From Bacteroidales bacterium (GTDB lineage Bacteria > Bacteroidota > Bacteroidia > Bacteroidales > VadinHA17), in NCBI GenBank assembly GCA_036743455.1, contig DAINPM010000002.1, positions 7,349 through 71,348 of the forward strand: DNA of 64,000 nucleotides, written 5' to 3'. The position numbers and the translations under genes were made by a program. Below, one piece after another: positions 29,005 through 38,351 of the stretch. The number at the start of each line of letters is the position of its first letter. Position 1 is the stretch's first letter. The notes beneath the pieces were generated by a model that was given only the letters and a program-made list of their open reading frames with translations, was not told the origin of the DNA and did no database searches.

Positions 29005-30396
29005 CTAAAAATAAGTATTTTTAACAATAGATATTGCCTTATCTGCCAGATTATCAGCCTCATTTTGTGTGCCAGCCTCAGCATATATTCTCATTATGGG
29101 TTCTGTATTTGATTTTCTTATCTGAAGCCATCCCTCAGGATATTCAATCCGCATCCCATCTCTCTCGTCTATCTTCCGGTCTTTAAACTCTTCCCTAAGA
29201 ATATCAAGTACTTTGTCGAAATCCGTATCTGGCCGCAGGGTGAGTTTTTTCTTGGCTATTACATAGTTTGGGTAACAGCGCCTGAGGGCTTTACATTTAA
29301 CAGAACTTTTTGCCAGATGTGAAAGGAACAATCCTATCCCCACAAGGGCATCCCGTCCATAGTGTAATTCAGGATAAATAATACCTCCATTACCTTCTCC
29401 GCCTATTACGGCCTTCTGTTTCTTCATTTCTGCAACTACATTAACCTCTCCCACAGGCGACGAAAAATAATTACATCCATATTTCTCCGTAATATCTTTC
29501 AAAGCCCTGGTAGATGATAAATTGGAAACGGTATTACCTGGTGTATGGCCAAGCACATAATCGGCAACTGATACAAGTGTGTATTCTTCTCCGAACATTG
29601 ATCCGTCTTCACAGATTATTGCCAGACGGTCAACATCCGGATCAACAACAAAGCCCAGATCTGCCTTTTCTTTTATTACCATATCTGATATATCTCTGAG
29701 GTTTTCAGGCAAAGGCTCAGGATTATGGGCAAAGTTGCCGTCAGGATTGGTGTTAAGCTCAAATACCGTCTCAACACCAAGTTGTTTGAGAAGTTCCGGT
29801 ATTATTATTCCACCCACGGAATTAACACAATCCACAGCCACTTTGAAACGGGATTTTTTTATAGCTTCTACATCAACCAGTTCAAGCTTTAGAACCGAAT
29901 CAATATGTTTTTGATTCCATGTATCGTCACAGCTAAGAAAGCCGGCCGAATCAAATCCTGCAAAATTAAAATCCTCTTTTTCAGCAAGAAATAATATTCC
30001 CCTGCCATCATCATCAGAAAGGAATTCTCCTTTTTCATTCAATAACTTAAGGGCATTCCATTGTGCAGGATTATGACTTGCTGTAATAATTATTCCTCCG
30101 TGAGATCCCGTTCCGGTTACAGCTATTTCTACTGTGGGTGTTGTTGCCAGCCCGAGATCTGTTATACTAATACCCATACTTCGCAATGTACTGTTAACCA
30201 ACGAACTAACCAGAGGTCCTGACACTCTTGCATCACGACCTGTCACAATTTTTATCCCATCATTTTTCCCTGACTTGTTCTTTATCCATGTCCCGTAAGC
30301 TGCACTGAACTTAACTATATCAACAGGTGTAAGACTTTCTCCGGGCCGGCCACCAATAGTGCCTCTGATCCCGGAAATAGATTTAATCAATGCCAT
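29005..30396 (-). CDS. glmM: Phosphoglucosamine mutase (alpha-D-phosphohexomutase family).
   Basis: Blocks seen are MALIKSISGIRGTIGG, the active-site sequence TASHNP, DPDVDR and GGEGNGG. The protein is 463 aa. Confidence 0.85.
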   Translation of the reverse strand: MALIKSISGIRGTIGGRPGESLTPVDIVKFSAAYGTWIKNKSGKNDGIKIVTGRDARVSGPLVSSLVNSTLRSMGISITDLGLATTPTVEIAVTGTGSHGGIIITASHNPAQWNALKLLNEKGEFLSDDDGRGILFLAEKEDFNFAGFDSAGFLSCDDTWNQKHIDSVLKLELVDVEAIKKSRFKVAVDCVNSVGGIIIPELLKQLGVETVFELNTNPDGNFAHNPEPLPENLRDISDMVIKEKADLGFVVDPDVDRLAIICEDGSMFGEEYTLVSVADYVLGHTPGNTVSNLSSTRALKDITEKYGCNYFSSPVGEVNVVAEMKKQKAVIGGEGNGGIIYPELHYGRDALVGIGLFLSHLAKSSVKCKALRRCYPNYVIAKKKLTLRPDTDFDKVLDILREEFKDRKIDERDGMRIEYPEGWLQIRKSNTEPIMRIYAEAGTQNEADNLADKAISIVKNTYF

Positions 30397-30468
30397 TGTA
30401 AAGAGTATTAGTTATCAAGCACACAAAGGTGCAAAAAAATCATTAAACAGTAAATCATCAAATAATCG

Positions 30469-30476
30469 TACCTTTG
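30469..30476 (+). promoter_or_regulatory. Candidate -7 box (TACCTTTG) for the pseudouridine synthase-era-der operon.
   Basis: It matches TAnnTTTG and ends 19 nt before the ATG at 30496. A mirrored copy on the other strand (30423-30430) faces glmM. Confidence 0.35.
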
Positions 30477-30495
30477 TTGCCATTATTTATTCCAC

Positions 30496-31338
30496 ATGGA
30501 TAAGAATAAAATTTCGGAAAGACACTCAGGGAAACAGAAAAAACGGGATACGGGTAAAAATTCCGGTAGAGGGTTACGAGAAAAAGAAAACAGAAAAAAC
30601 AGCAAAAGCGTAAAAAAAGGTCCGGATACTATTCGTCTTAACAGATTTATTTCCGTCAGCGGCTTATGTTCTAGGCGTGAGGCAGATGAAATTATCAAGA
30701 AAGGTTTTATTTCTGTTAACGGGAAAAAGGTAACTACATTGGGGACGGTAGTCTCTTCAAAGGATGATGTCAGATACAAAGGGAAAAAACTTTCAGCAGA
30801 AAAAAAGGTTTATATTTTATTGAATAAACCAAAAGGGTATGTAACCACAATGCATGATCCACACGCCGAAAAAACAGTCATTGAACTCCTTGGGAGTGCT
30901 CTGCCTGAAAGGGTCTATCCTGTAGGACGCCTTGATAAAGAAACCACAGGAGTCCTTCTCCTCACCAATGACGGCGATCTTGCAGGGCGACTGACACATC
31001 CGCGCTATGACAGGAAAAAAATTTACCATGCAGGTCTTGATAAACCTGTAACCAAAGAGGATATGTATCGTCTGGCTAATGGTATAGATCTGGAAGGTGA
31101 TGTAATCATGGCAGACTCAGTGGCATATACCGATCCTGTTGATAAAAGTAACATCGGGATAGAGCTTCATTCCGGTAAAAACAGAGTTGTGAGAAAGATG
31201 TTTGAGGCTCTGGGCTACAGGGTGAAAAAGCTTGACAGAGTATATTTTGCAGGTCTTACAAAGAAAAATGTCCCACGGGGAAAATGGAGATTTCTTACAA
31301 TAAAGGAAATTAATATGCTTAAGCGTGGAATTTTTTAG
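30496..31338 (+). CDS. RsuA/RluB-family pseudouridine synthase with an S4 domain and an N-terminal basic extension.
   Basis: It has the S4 block IRLNRFISVSGLCSRREADEIIKKG and the catalytic block GRLDKETTGVLLLTNDG. The first 45 or so residues are rich in Lys/Arg. Confidence 0.85.
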   Translation: MDKNKISERHSGKQKKRDTGKNSGRGLREKENRKNSKSVKKGPDTIRLNRFISVSGLCSRREADEIIKKGFISVNGKKVTTLGTVVSSKDDVRYKGKKLSAEKKVYILLNKPKGYVTTMHDPHAEKTVIELLGSALPERVYPVGRLDKETTGVLLLTNDGDLAGRLTHPRYDRKKIYHAGLDKPVTKEDMYRLANGIDLEGDVIMADSVAYTDPVDKSNIGIELHSGKNRVVRKMFEALGYRVKKLDRVYFAGLTKKNVPRGKWRFLTIKEINMLKRGIF

Positions 31339-31347
31339 AAGACAATA

Positions 31348-32226
31348 ATGGATCACAAAGCAGGTTTTGTTAACATTCTTGGGAATCCCAATGTCGGAAA
31401 ATCGACCATCATGAATGCTTTGGTAGGTAAAAAACTATCCATAGTAACCTCAAAAGCACAGACCACCCGGCACAGGATCATAGGAATTGTCAATGGAGAC
31501 AATTTTCAGATTATCTATTCTGATACACCAGGCATCCTGAAGCCGGGATATAAACTTCAGGAAGCCATGATGTCATTTGTAAATATGGCACTGAAAGATG
31601 CCGACATTTTTCTCTATGTTACAGATGTGACTGAAAAACCCCTCGATGAAAACATAATTACCAGGAAAATCAAGTCATCAGGAATACCAATTATTCTTGT
31701 TATCAATAAAATTGATCTTTCAAACCAGGATGATCTTGGCAGACTGGTTGAAGCATGGAGTAATATTTTCCCCGGATCTCCTGTAATATCTCTGTCAGCG
31801 GCTTATGGTTTTAATATGAATGTTCTCCTTGATACCATACTAGCCAAATTACCTGATAATCCTCCCTGGTTTCCGAAAGATCAGCTTACCGACAAATATG
31901 AAAGATTTTTTGCTTCAGAAATTTTACGTGAGAAAATTCTCCTCAACTATAAGAAAGAAGTGCCATATTCCGTTGAGGCAGAAATAGAAAGCTTTCATGA
32001 AGAAAAAGATATTATCCGAATACGGGCTCTCATTCATGTTGAGCGGGATAGCCAGAAAGGTATAATAATAGGACACAGGGGACAAACATTAAAAAAAGTC
32101 GGGACTGAAGCAAGACTCGAAATGGAAGATTTTTTTGGGAAGAAAGTCTTTCTTGAGTTGTTCGTAAAAGTATCAAAAGAGTGGCGCGAAAAACCAATGA
32201 TGCTGAAGCGGTTTGGATATCAGTAG
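31348..32226 (+). CDS. era: GTPase Era.
   Basis: The G-motifs are GNPNVGKST, DTPG and NKID. A C-terminal KH domain is present (VERDSQKGIIIGHRGQTLKKVG). Confidence 0.95.
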   Translation: MDHKAGFVNILGNPNVGKSTIMNALVGKKLSIVTSKAQTTRHRIIGIVNGDNFQIIYSDTPGILKPGYKLQEAMMSFVNMALKDADIFLYVTDVTEKPLDENIITRKIKSSGIPIILVINKIDLSNQDDLGRLVEAWSNIFPGSPVISLSAAYGFNMNVLLDTILAKLPDNPPWFPKDQLTDKYERFFASEILREKILLNYKKEVPYSVEAEIESFHEEKDIIRIRALIHVERDSQKGIIIGHRGQTLKKVGTEARLEMEDFFGKKVFLELFVKVSKEWREKPMMLKRFGYQ

Positions 32227-32244
32227 AGAGAACAGTCAGGTAAT

Positions 32245-33549
32245 ATGGGAAAAATTGTAGCTATAGTAGGCAGGCCAAATGTGGGTAAATCAACACTCTT
32301 CAACAGGCTGACAGGATCAAGGGATGCCATTGTTGATGAGATGAGTGGTGTGACACGTGATCGCATATATGGTATCTGTAACTGGAACGGGGTCGATTTC
32401 TCTGTAATTGACACAGGAGGATATGTTGAGATATCTGATGATATATTTGAGGAAGAGATTAATAAACAGGTCCTTCTGGCTATCAGTGAATCTGATCTGA
32501 TCCTCTTTATGGTTGATGTAACTACCGGCATTCATCAGCTCGATACTTCCGTAGCCAGAATGCTGAGAAAAACAGAAAAAAAAGTATTTCTGGTAGTCAA
32601 CAAGGTCGATAACAATCAGAGGCTTTTTGATGCAAACGAATTTTATGCTCTTGGACTGGGAGATTATTACCCTTTAAGCTCCGTTAGCGGCAGCGGTACA
32701 GGGGATCTTCTCGATGCTATTGTAAAGAACCTTCCAAAACTCGAAGATAAACCTTTGCCTGAACTTCCCAGAATAGCTATCACAGGCCGGCCAAATTCAG
32801 GAAAATCATCTCTTTTCAATTCTCTGCTGGGAGAAGAAAGGAATATCGTAACACCCATCCCGGGAACTACCCGTGATTCAATTTTTATCCATTACAATAA
32901 ATATCAGCACAACTTTTTTCTGGTTGATACTGCAGGACTGAGGAAAAAAAACAAAGTCAGTGAAGACATTGAGTTCTATTCAGTGATCAGAGCCATCAGA
33001 ACAATTGAGAATGCAGATATCTGCCTCCTGATGATTGATGGCACCAGAGGGATTGAAGCCCAGGACCTTAATATAATGTCATTAATTTTTAAAAACAATA
33101 AGGGACTGATTGTTCTGGTCAACAAATGGGATATTGTACCAAAAGAGAATAATACAACCCGCGATTTTGAAAAAATAATCAGGAGTAAAACAGCTCCTTT
33201 CGTCGATTACGATATCCTTTTCATTTCTGCACTTAATAAACAAAGAATACACAAAATACTTGATCTTATTAAAGATGTTAATACTAACAGAACCAGACGT
33301 ATATCCACATCAGAACTAAATGATGTAATGCTTAATATTGTGAATAAGAACCCTCCTCCGGCCCTGAAAGGAAAACAAATAAAAATTAAGTATATAACAC
33401 AATTACCTTCACATACACCAACCTTTGCTTTCTTTTGTAATCTGCCTCAGTATGTTAAAGAGCCCTATAAAAGATTTCTTGAAAACAGAATGAGAGAACA
33501 CTTCAATTTTACCGGTGTTCCTATCAGAATATTTTTCAGAAAAAAATAA
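32245..33549 (+). CDS. der: Ribosome-biogenesis GTPase Der (EngA).
   Basis: Two tandem GTPase domains are present ([20 protein letters not shown] and [20 protein letters not shown]), followed by a KH-like C-terminus. Confidence 0.95.
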   Translation: MGKIVAIVGRPNVGKSTLFNRLTGSRDAIVDEMSGVTRDRIYGICNWNGVDFSVIDTGGYVEISDDIFEEEINKQVLLAISESDLILFMVDVTTGIHQLDTSVARMLRKTEKKVFLVVNKVDNNQRLFDANEFYALGLGDYYPLSSVSGSGTGDLLDAIVKNLPKLEDKPLPELPRIAITGRPNSGKSSLFNSLLGEERNIVTPIPGTTRDSIFIHYNKYQHNFFLVDTAGLRKKNKVSEDIEFYSVIRAIRTIENADICLLMIDGTRGIEAQDLNIMSLIFKNNKGLIVLVNKWDIVPKENNTTRDFEKIIRSKTAPFVDYDILFISALNKQRIHKILDLIKDVNTNRTRRISTSELNDVMLNIVNKNPPPALKGKQIKIKYITQLPSHTPTFAFFCNLPQYVKEPYKRFLENRMREHFNFTGVPIRIFFRKK

Positions 33550-33596
33550 TGTAATTTGGTGTGGTTTTTGATGAAAATATTTTAACACGGCCTGTT

Positions 33597-34124
33597 ATGA
33601 AAAAATTCAAATATCTACTGTTCTGCGTTTTCTTTCTTTCCGTTTTTTTCTCATGCGGGAGAATTGAGCAGTTACCTCCCGAACCTTATATTGATTTCAC
33701 AAGTTTTACTGTTTTCGACACTACCGATATTCTCGGGAATGATTGTAAGGGTGGGCGACTGAAGTTTTATTTCGAAGACGGGGACGGAGATATGGGTCTT
33801 GATCCGCCGGAGAATGAGGATGATACGGATACTACAAATCTCTTCTTCACTGCATACAGAAAAACCGGCGGGATAATGGTGAAAATGATAAAGGATGATG
33901 TGCTGTATCCCTCCAACTACAGGATTCCGTATATGGAAAGGTTGGGGCAGAACAAGCTTCTTAAAGGGACCATCGCAGTTTCTTTTTTATACCTCTTTTA
34001 TGATGTTGCTGATGATGACACATTAATGTACGATTTTTTTATCAAAGACAGAGCAGGCAATATAAGCAATACAGAATCCACGACAGAGATCTCTCTGTCG
34101 CATAACGACATATACCAGGAATAA
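33597..34124 (+). CDS. Hypothetical lipoprotein.
   Basis: The ATG at 33597 gives MKKFKYLLFCVFFLSVFFSC with a lipobox Cys. The ORF-track start at 33561 is a GTG. An acidic DGDGDMG segment is present. No family was recognised. Confidence 0.55.
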   Translation: MKKFKYLLFCVFFLSVFFSCGRIEQLPPEPYIDFTSFTVFDTTDILGNDCKGGRLKFYFEDGDGDMGLDPPENEDDTDTTNLFFTAYRKTGGIMVKMIKDDVLYPSNYRIPYMERLGQNKLLKGTIAVSFLYLFYDVADDDTLMYDFFIKDRAGNISNTESTTEISLSHNDIYQE

Positions 34125-34127
34125 CTC

Positions 34128-37100
34128 TTAAAACCTTACTCCGATCAGAAGGATATCATCCACCTGGTCATAAGTACCTTTCCATTCCTTATAAAAGCTT
34201 ACTATCCTGTCTTTCTGTTCAGACATCGGCAGATTAGTCCCCTCTTCTATCAGACTCTTCAGTCTGGCTATTTTCATTTTCTTGCCGTCAGGCCCTCCAA
34301 ACTGATCCGGCAACCCGTCAGAGAAAAGATAAATAGTGTCTCCTTCATCCAGAAAATATTCCTGATCATCAAAGAATTTTTCATTTACTGATTCCCCTCC
34401 TATAGAGCATCTGTTGCCTTTTATATAAAGTGATTCTCCCTGAGTGACCAGTATAACAGGACGCATTGCAGAGGCAAAACGAATATGGCGGGTCTTCATG
34501 TCGATCTCACATATCGTCATATCCATTCCATCATTTGACACACCCATTTCAAGGTTCTGATTAAGAGTTGAAAATATCTGGTCATCAAGAACTTTCAGGA
34601 TTTTTGAAGGTTTACTTATATGTTGACGGAGAATTATATCCTGTAACAACGTTGAACCTATCATTGACATGAACGCCCCAGGCACTCCATGACCGGTAGA
34701 ATCAGCACATACCAGAATAAACTTTTCTTCATTCAGCTTGTCAAACCAATAGAAATCACCACTCACTATATCACGGGGGTAAAAAATAATAAACGCATCT
34801 TTTACTGTCTCCTTCAGCTTGTTGAAATCAGGCAATATGCTGGTTTGTATCCTTTTAGCATAATTAATACTATCTGTTATTTCAATATTCTGCATCTCAA
34901 TTTTATCCTTTTGCCTCATCACTTCACTAGTTCTGGCATCCAGCTCTTTTTTAAGATATTGTTCGAGCTTCTTCTGCGCTTTCTCCCTCTCTCTTACAAT
35001 GATGATAACAACCAGGGTGACAACCGCAAGAGATAAAAGATAAAACCATAATGTCCTCCAGAATGGCTTTTTTATTGTCAGATTAAAAGATAAAGGATCA
35101 CTGGTCATTTCATCTTCACTGACGGAAAGCATTTCAAATCTGTACTTACCGTCACGCGGTGCCAGAATCACTTCTCTGTCGGTAGTCCATCCCGACCAAT
35201 CACTATCCCAGTTATCTAAACGCGTCTGATAAAATACTTTTTCCGGATCTCTCAGACTAATACCCACATAATTTACTTTAATAGTGTATTTCTTCCTGTA
35301 GGGCAAAGTAAATGAAGACTGATAAGGATACTCTATATCGTTAATTGTTATGTAGTTAATATTATTAAAAGGTGGAACATCAACAGGTCTGTCCTTATCC
35401 CTGTCATAAATTATCAATCCTTCTGTTGTACCAAGGAAAATATCTCCTTCAGATGACTCATACATCCCCTGGGGATTACATTTCCCTCCCAGAGCAAAGT
35501 CTGTCTCATAAGATTTTATCACACCGGTTTCCCTGTCATACAGGGAGAATCCTCTCTCATGACCAATCCATATCCTGTTCTGTGAATCAGAAAGAACGCT
35601 GTAACAGTAATCTGACATTAACATGTCGGATCTGCTGTATGATCTGACTGAATCACCGAATAATTCATATAATCCATACCCTTCTGTGGCTGCCCAAATA
35701 TGACCATCCATACTCTGGCTGAAAGCTGTAATGGAATTCATTGTTCCGGGCATGACAGCTTCCCCTGAAAAAACACCTTTTTCCGGATCAATCTGATACA
35801 ATCTGTCAGTTTTGGTTGCAATTGCTGCCAATCCTTCATCTCCAATGAAAACCTGAGCTATACTGTTATGCGGAAGTCCATTTGTTATATTATATTCTGC
35901 GATAAGGACGCCGGTATTACGATCCAGAAGGCTAACTCCATTGAGAGATCCCAGCCATATATACTGATCATCTATTGTAATATCTTTAATGTAATCCTTT
36001 CCGGAATCTCCGGACAGATAAACTCTTCTTACCTTTTCTGTTCTGTCTCTGACAAACAATCCGCTGCCTGCAGTGCCAAACCATATACCTTCTTTCTGAT
36101 CAACACAATATGAAGATATATCATCTCCTCCGGTATCCTTTCTGAGATCAGTGAATGATTCATAAATGTCATTATCCGGATCATAATAATAGAATCCGGC
36201 CGGTGTCCCAAGAAATAACCTGTCCGCACTTTCCGTAACATATATTATATTGTTTGTCTCCGGGTCTGTCCCCGGAATATAAAATCTAAAAGCAAGAGAA
36301 TTAAGCATTGACAGGCCGTCTCCAAATAAGGCAAACCACAGATTCCCTTCAACATCCTGAAAAACACTCCGTGCATTGTTCCCCGGCAAACCGGAATCAC
36401 GGTCAAATATTTTCCAGGATTTTACTGACACATCCTGTTCTGAAAGATCCATATAAATAAATCCCAAATCATTTGTCGATATCCATAACGATCCGTCAGA
36501 ATCTTCATAAATTGAACTTACATTCAGGCTTTCAAATACTTCAAGATCACTTAAAGGTGTCAGAATGTTGGTATCATCATCAATTTCCAGTTTGAAAAGA
36601 GTATTGCCATTGGTTCCTGCTATATACATATTATCCCCGGTGTTCAGTTTATGTAAAGCTGTAACGTTAGAATAATCAAATCCTTCAACAGAATTAATCT
36701 GCATAAGTGTATCTTCTTCAACACCCATCATTAAAATGTTTTCCTGTGTTCCCAGAAGAATATTTCCTTCGGTAGTTATTGAAGCAGAGAAAAGAGCAAG
36801 GTTACTTTCAATTTTGTAGGTCTTTATCTTTTCCCTGTCAGAAAGATCAACCCTGAAAAGAGCCTCTCCCTGAGGAACTATCCAGACAGAACCGTCGGGA
36901 CCTTCAAGTATCTCTTCAATAAACCGGGTATTTGTCAATGGCAGTTTCTCAAGAACACCTTTTTCATAATAATATACAGAACCATTATTGCATCCGAACC
37001 AGAGAGTTCCTTTACTATCTTTTATGTTAGCCGTAGGGTAATGACCGCTCAGTGAATCGGGATATGGAATATGATGAAAAGTAAAACCGTCAAACTTTGA

Positions 37101-37295
37101 TAAACCGTTTCCAGTGCCTACCCAAAGGTAACCGTTGTCATCCTGTTCGAGAGTATAGATAAAAGTATTTGGTATTCCGCTTTCAATTCCAAAGTTCTTA
37201 AATCTGTAAGTCTGACCGTTAAGAATATGTGATATTAATAATAAGCACAATAAAATGATTATTTGGGGGTTTCTTCTTTCTATACTGAATTTCAT
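34128..37295 (-). CDS. Membrane receptor-type PP2C (SpoIIE-family) phosphatase with periplasmic two-component-regulator propeller repeats and a Y_Y_Y-like domain.
   Basis: After the signal sequence come about 600 aa of repeated WFGT/WIGT...GL propeller blades. A TM helix (LWFYLLSLAVVTLVVIIIV) and a coiled coil follow. The C-terminus carries the PP2C blocks SGDFYWF, CADSTGHGVPGAFMS and DGMDM. Confidence 0.8.
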   Translation of the reverse strand: MKFSIERRNPQIIILLCLLLISHILNGQTYRFKNFGIESGIPNTFIYTLEQDDNGYLWVGTGNGLSKFDGFTFHHIPYPDSLSGHYPTANIKDSKGTLWFGCNNGSVYYYEKGVLEKLPLTNTRFIEEILEGPDGSVWIVPQGEALFRVDLSDREKIKTYKIESNLALFSASITTEGNILLGTQENILMMGVEEDTLMQINSVEGFDYSNVTALHKLNTGDNMYIAGTNGNTLFKLEIDDDTNILTPLSDLEVFESLNVSSIYEDSDGSLWISTNDLGFIYMDLSEQDVSVKSWKIFDRDSGLPGNNARSVFQDVEGNLWFALFGDGLSMLNSLAFRFYIPGTDPETNNIIYVTESADRLFLGTPAGFYYYDPDNDIYESFTDLRKDTGGDDISSYCVDQKEGIWFGTAGSGLFVRDRTEKVRRVYLSGDSGKDYIKDITIDDQYIWLGSLNGVSLLDRNTGVLIAEYNITNGLPHNSIAQVFIGDEGLAAIATKTDRLYQIDPEKGVFSGEAVMPGTMNSITAFSQSMDGHIWAATEGYGLYELFGDSVRSYSRSDMLMSDYCYSVLSDSQNRIWIGHERGFSLYDRETGVIKSYETDFALGGKCNPQGMYESSEGDIFLGTTEGLIIYDRDKDRPVDVPPFNNINYITINDIEYPYQSSFTLPYRKKYTIKVNYVGISLRDPEKVFYQTRLDNWDSDWSGWTTDREVILAPRDGKYRFEMLSVSEDEMTSDPLSFNLTIKKPFWRTLWFYLLSLAVVTLVVIIIVREREKAQKKLEQYLKKELDARTSEVMRQKDKIEMQNIEITDSINYAKRIQTSILPDFNKLKETVKDAFIIFYPRDIVSGDFYWFDKLNEEKFILVCADSTGHGVPGAFMSMIGSTLLQDIILRQHISKPSKILKVLDDQIFSTLNQNLEMGVSNDGMDMTICEIDMKTRHIRFASAMRPVILVTQGESLYIKGNRCSIGGESVNEKFFDDQEYFLDEGDTIYLFSDGLPDQFGGPDGKKMKIARLKSLIEEGTNLPMSEQKDRIVSFYKEWKGTYDQVDDILLIGVRF

Positions 37296-37312
37296 AACAG
37301 CCCTGGAATTGA

Positions 37313-38317
37313 TTATTTAGGCCTTTTAAGCGGTGTAATTTTTACTTTCGGCTGGTAAACGGGTACACCTCCGATAGGAGAGCTGAAAAAAGGTAAAGCA
37401 TCTCCTCTCTGGCTTTCAAGTGTTATTACTACATTATTGTTTTTGACCAGTTCGCCCTGCTTTTTATGGAACTGAAAATCTAGAGAAGAATTGACTTCCT
37501 GTGCTTCTATGGGAATTCTGGATTCCTGCCAGTTATCTTCACCTGATATGGGGATTTCAATTCCCTGTTTATACCTTGAAACGACCAGAACATTACCATC
37601 TTCATCCCAGTCAAAATTTCGTTGTCGGATATACACTACTCCGGTATCAACATAAGGATAGATATGTGCAACACTCTTGAAGTTGTTCCACATCCTGAAA
37701 GTGTATTCATAAGTAAAAGCGTTCCCTCCTTCTACCGTCTGGTTAATATCCGGTTCACGACTTAGAAAATAACGGTACAGGTTGCCATCATCTCCACTAA
37801 CACCCTCACAGATCACTTTAAACAGATATGAATTCCATTTAGTGCTGAATTCACCTGCAGTCGGATTGAAAGGTCCAAAGGTAAACCAACCGTTGTCATA
37901 TCTTGCCTCTCCCCCGAATGCCCTTGATGCCAACAAGTTACCTCCCTTATAATTCAGTCCGTCAATGAGACCTCTCGATTCTTCATTTCTGTCAGGATCC
38001 ACTCCTCGTCCCCCATAGATTGAAAAAAGGCATCTGGTATTGAATTCTCCCTGTATTTCATCATTTTCTCCTCCGGTATCAGGATCAAACACCCGTATAT
38101 AAAATGGTTGTGTATATTCCTGGGGTATGGAAAAGAACCAGACTGAATAAAAATCATCATCACCCCAGGATGTCATTCCGTCTTTTCCAAATGTTACAAG
38201 AAAAGGTATATTTTCGTCACTTCCCGGCACTTCCTGTCCCGAAAGTGAATTGACAGATAAGACCAGACAAAATGTAAAAATTAAAAATATTGAATATAAA
38301 TGCCTTATAAGTGTCAT
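37313..38317 (-). CDS. Hypothetical secreted beta-rich protein.
   Basis: It has an ATG start and the signal peptide LIFTFCLVLSVNSLSGQ. It sits 17 nt upstream of the PP2C gene and 34 nt downstream of the PD40/PKD gene. No family was recognised. Confidence 0.55.
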   Translation of the reverse strand: MTLIRHLYSIFLIFTFCLVLSVNSLSGQEVPGSDENIPFLVTFGKDGMTSWGDDDFYSVWFFSIPQEYTQPFYIRVFDPDTGGENDEIQGEFNTRCLFSIYGGRGVDPDRNEESRGLIDGLNYKGGNLLASRAFGGEARYDNGWFTFGPFNPTAGEFSTKWNSYLFKVICEGVSGDDGNLYRYFLSREPDINQTVEGGNAFTYEYTFRMWNNFKSVAHIYPYVDTGVVYIRQRNFDWDEDGNVLVVSRYKQGIEIPISGEDNWQESRIPIEAQEVNSSLDFQFHKKQGELVKNNNVVITLESQRGDALPFFSSPIGGVPVYQPKVKITPLKRPK

Positions 38318-38351
38318 TAAATTTATAATTTATGTATTCTCATTTCCAGCA

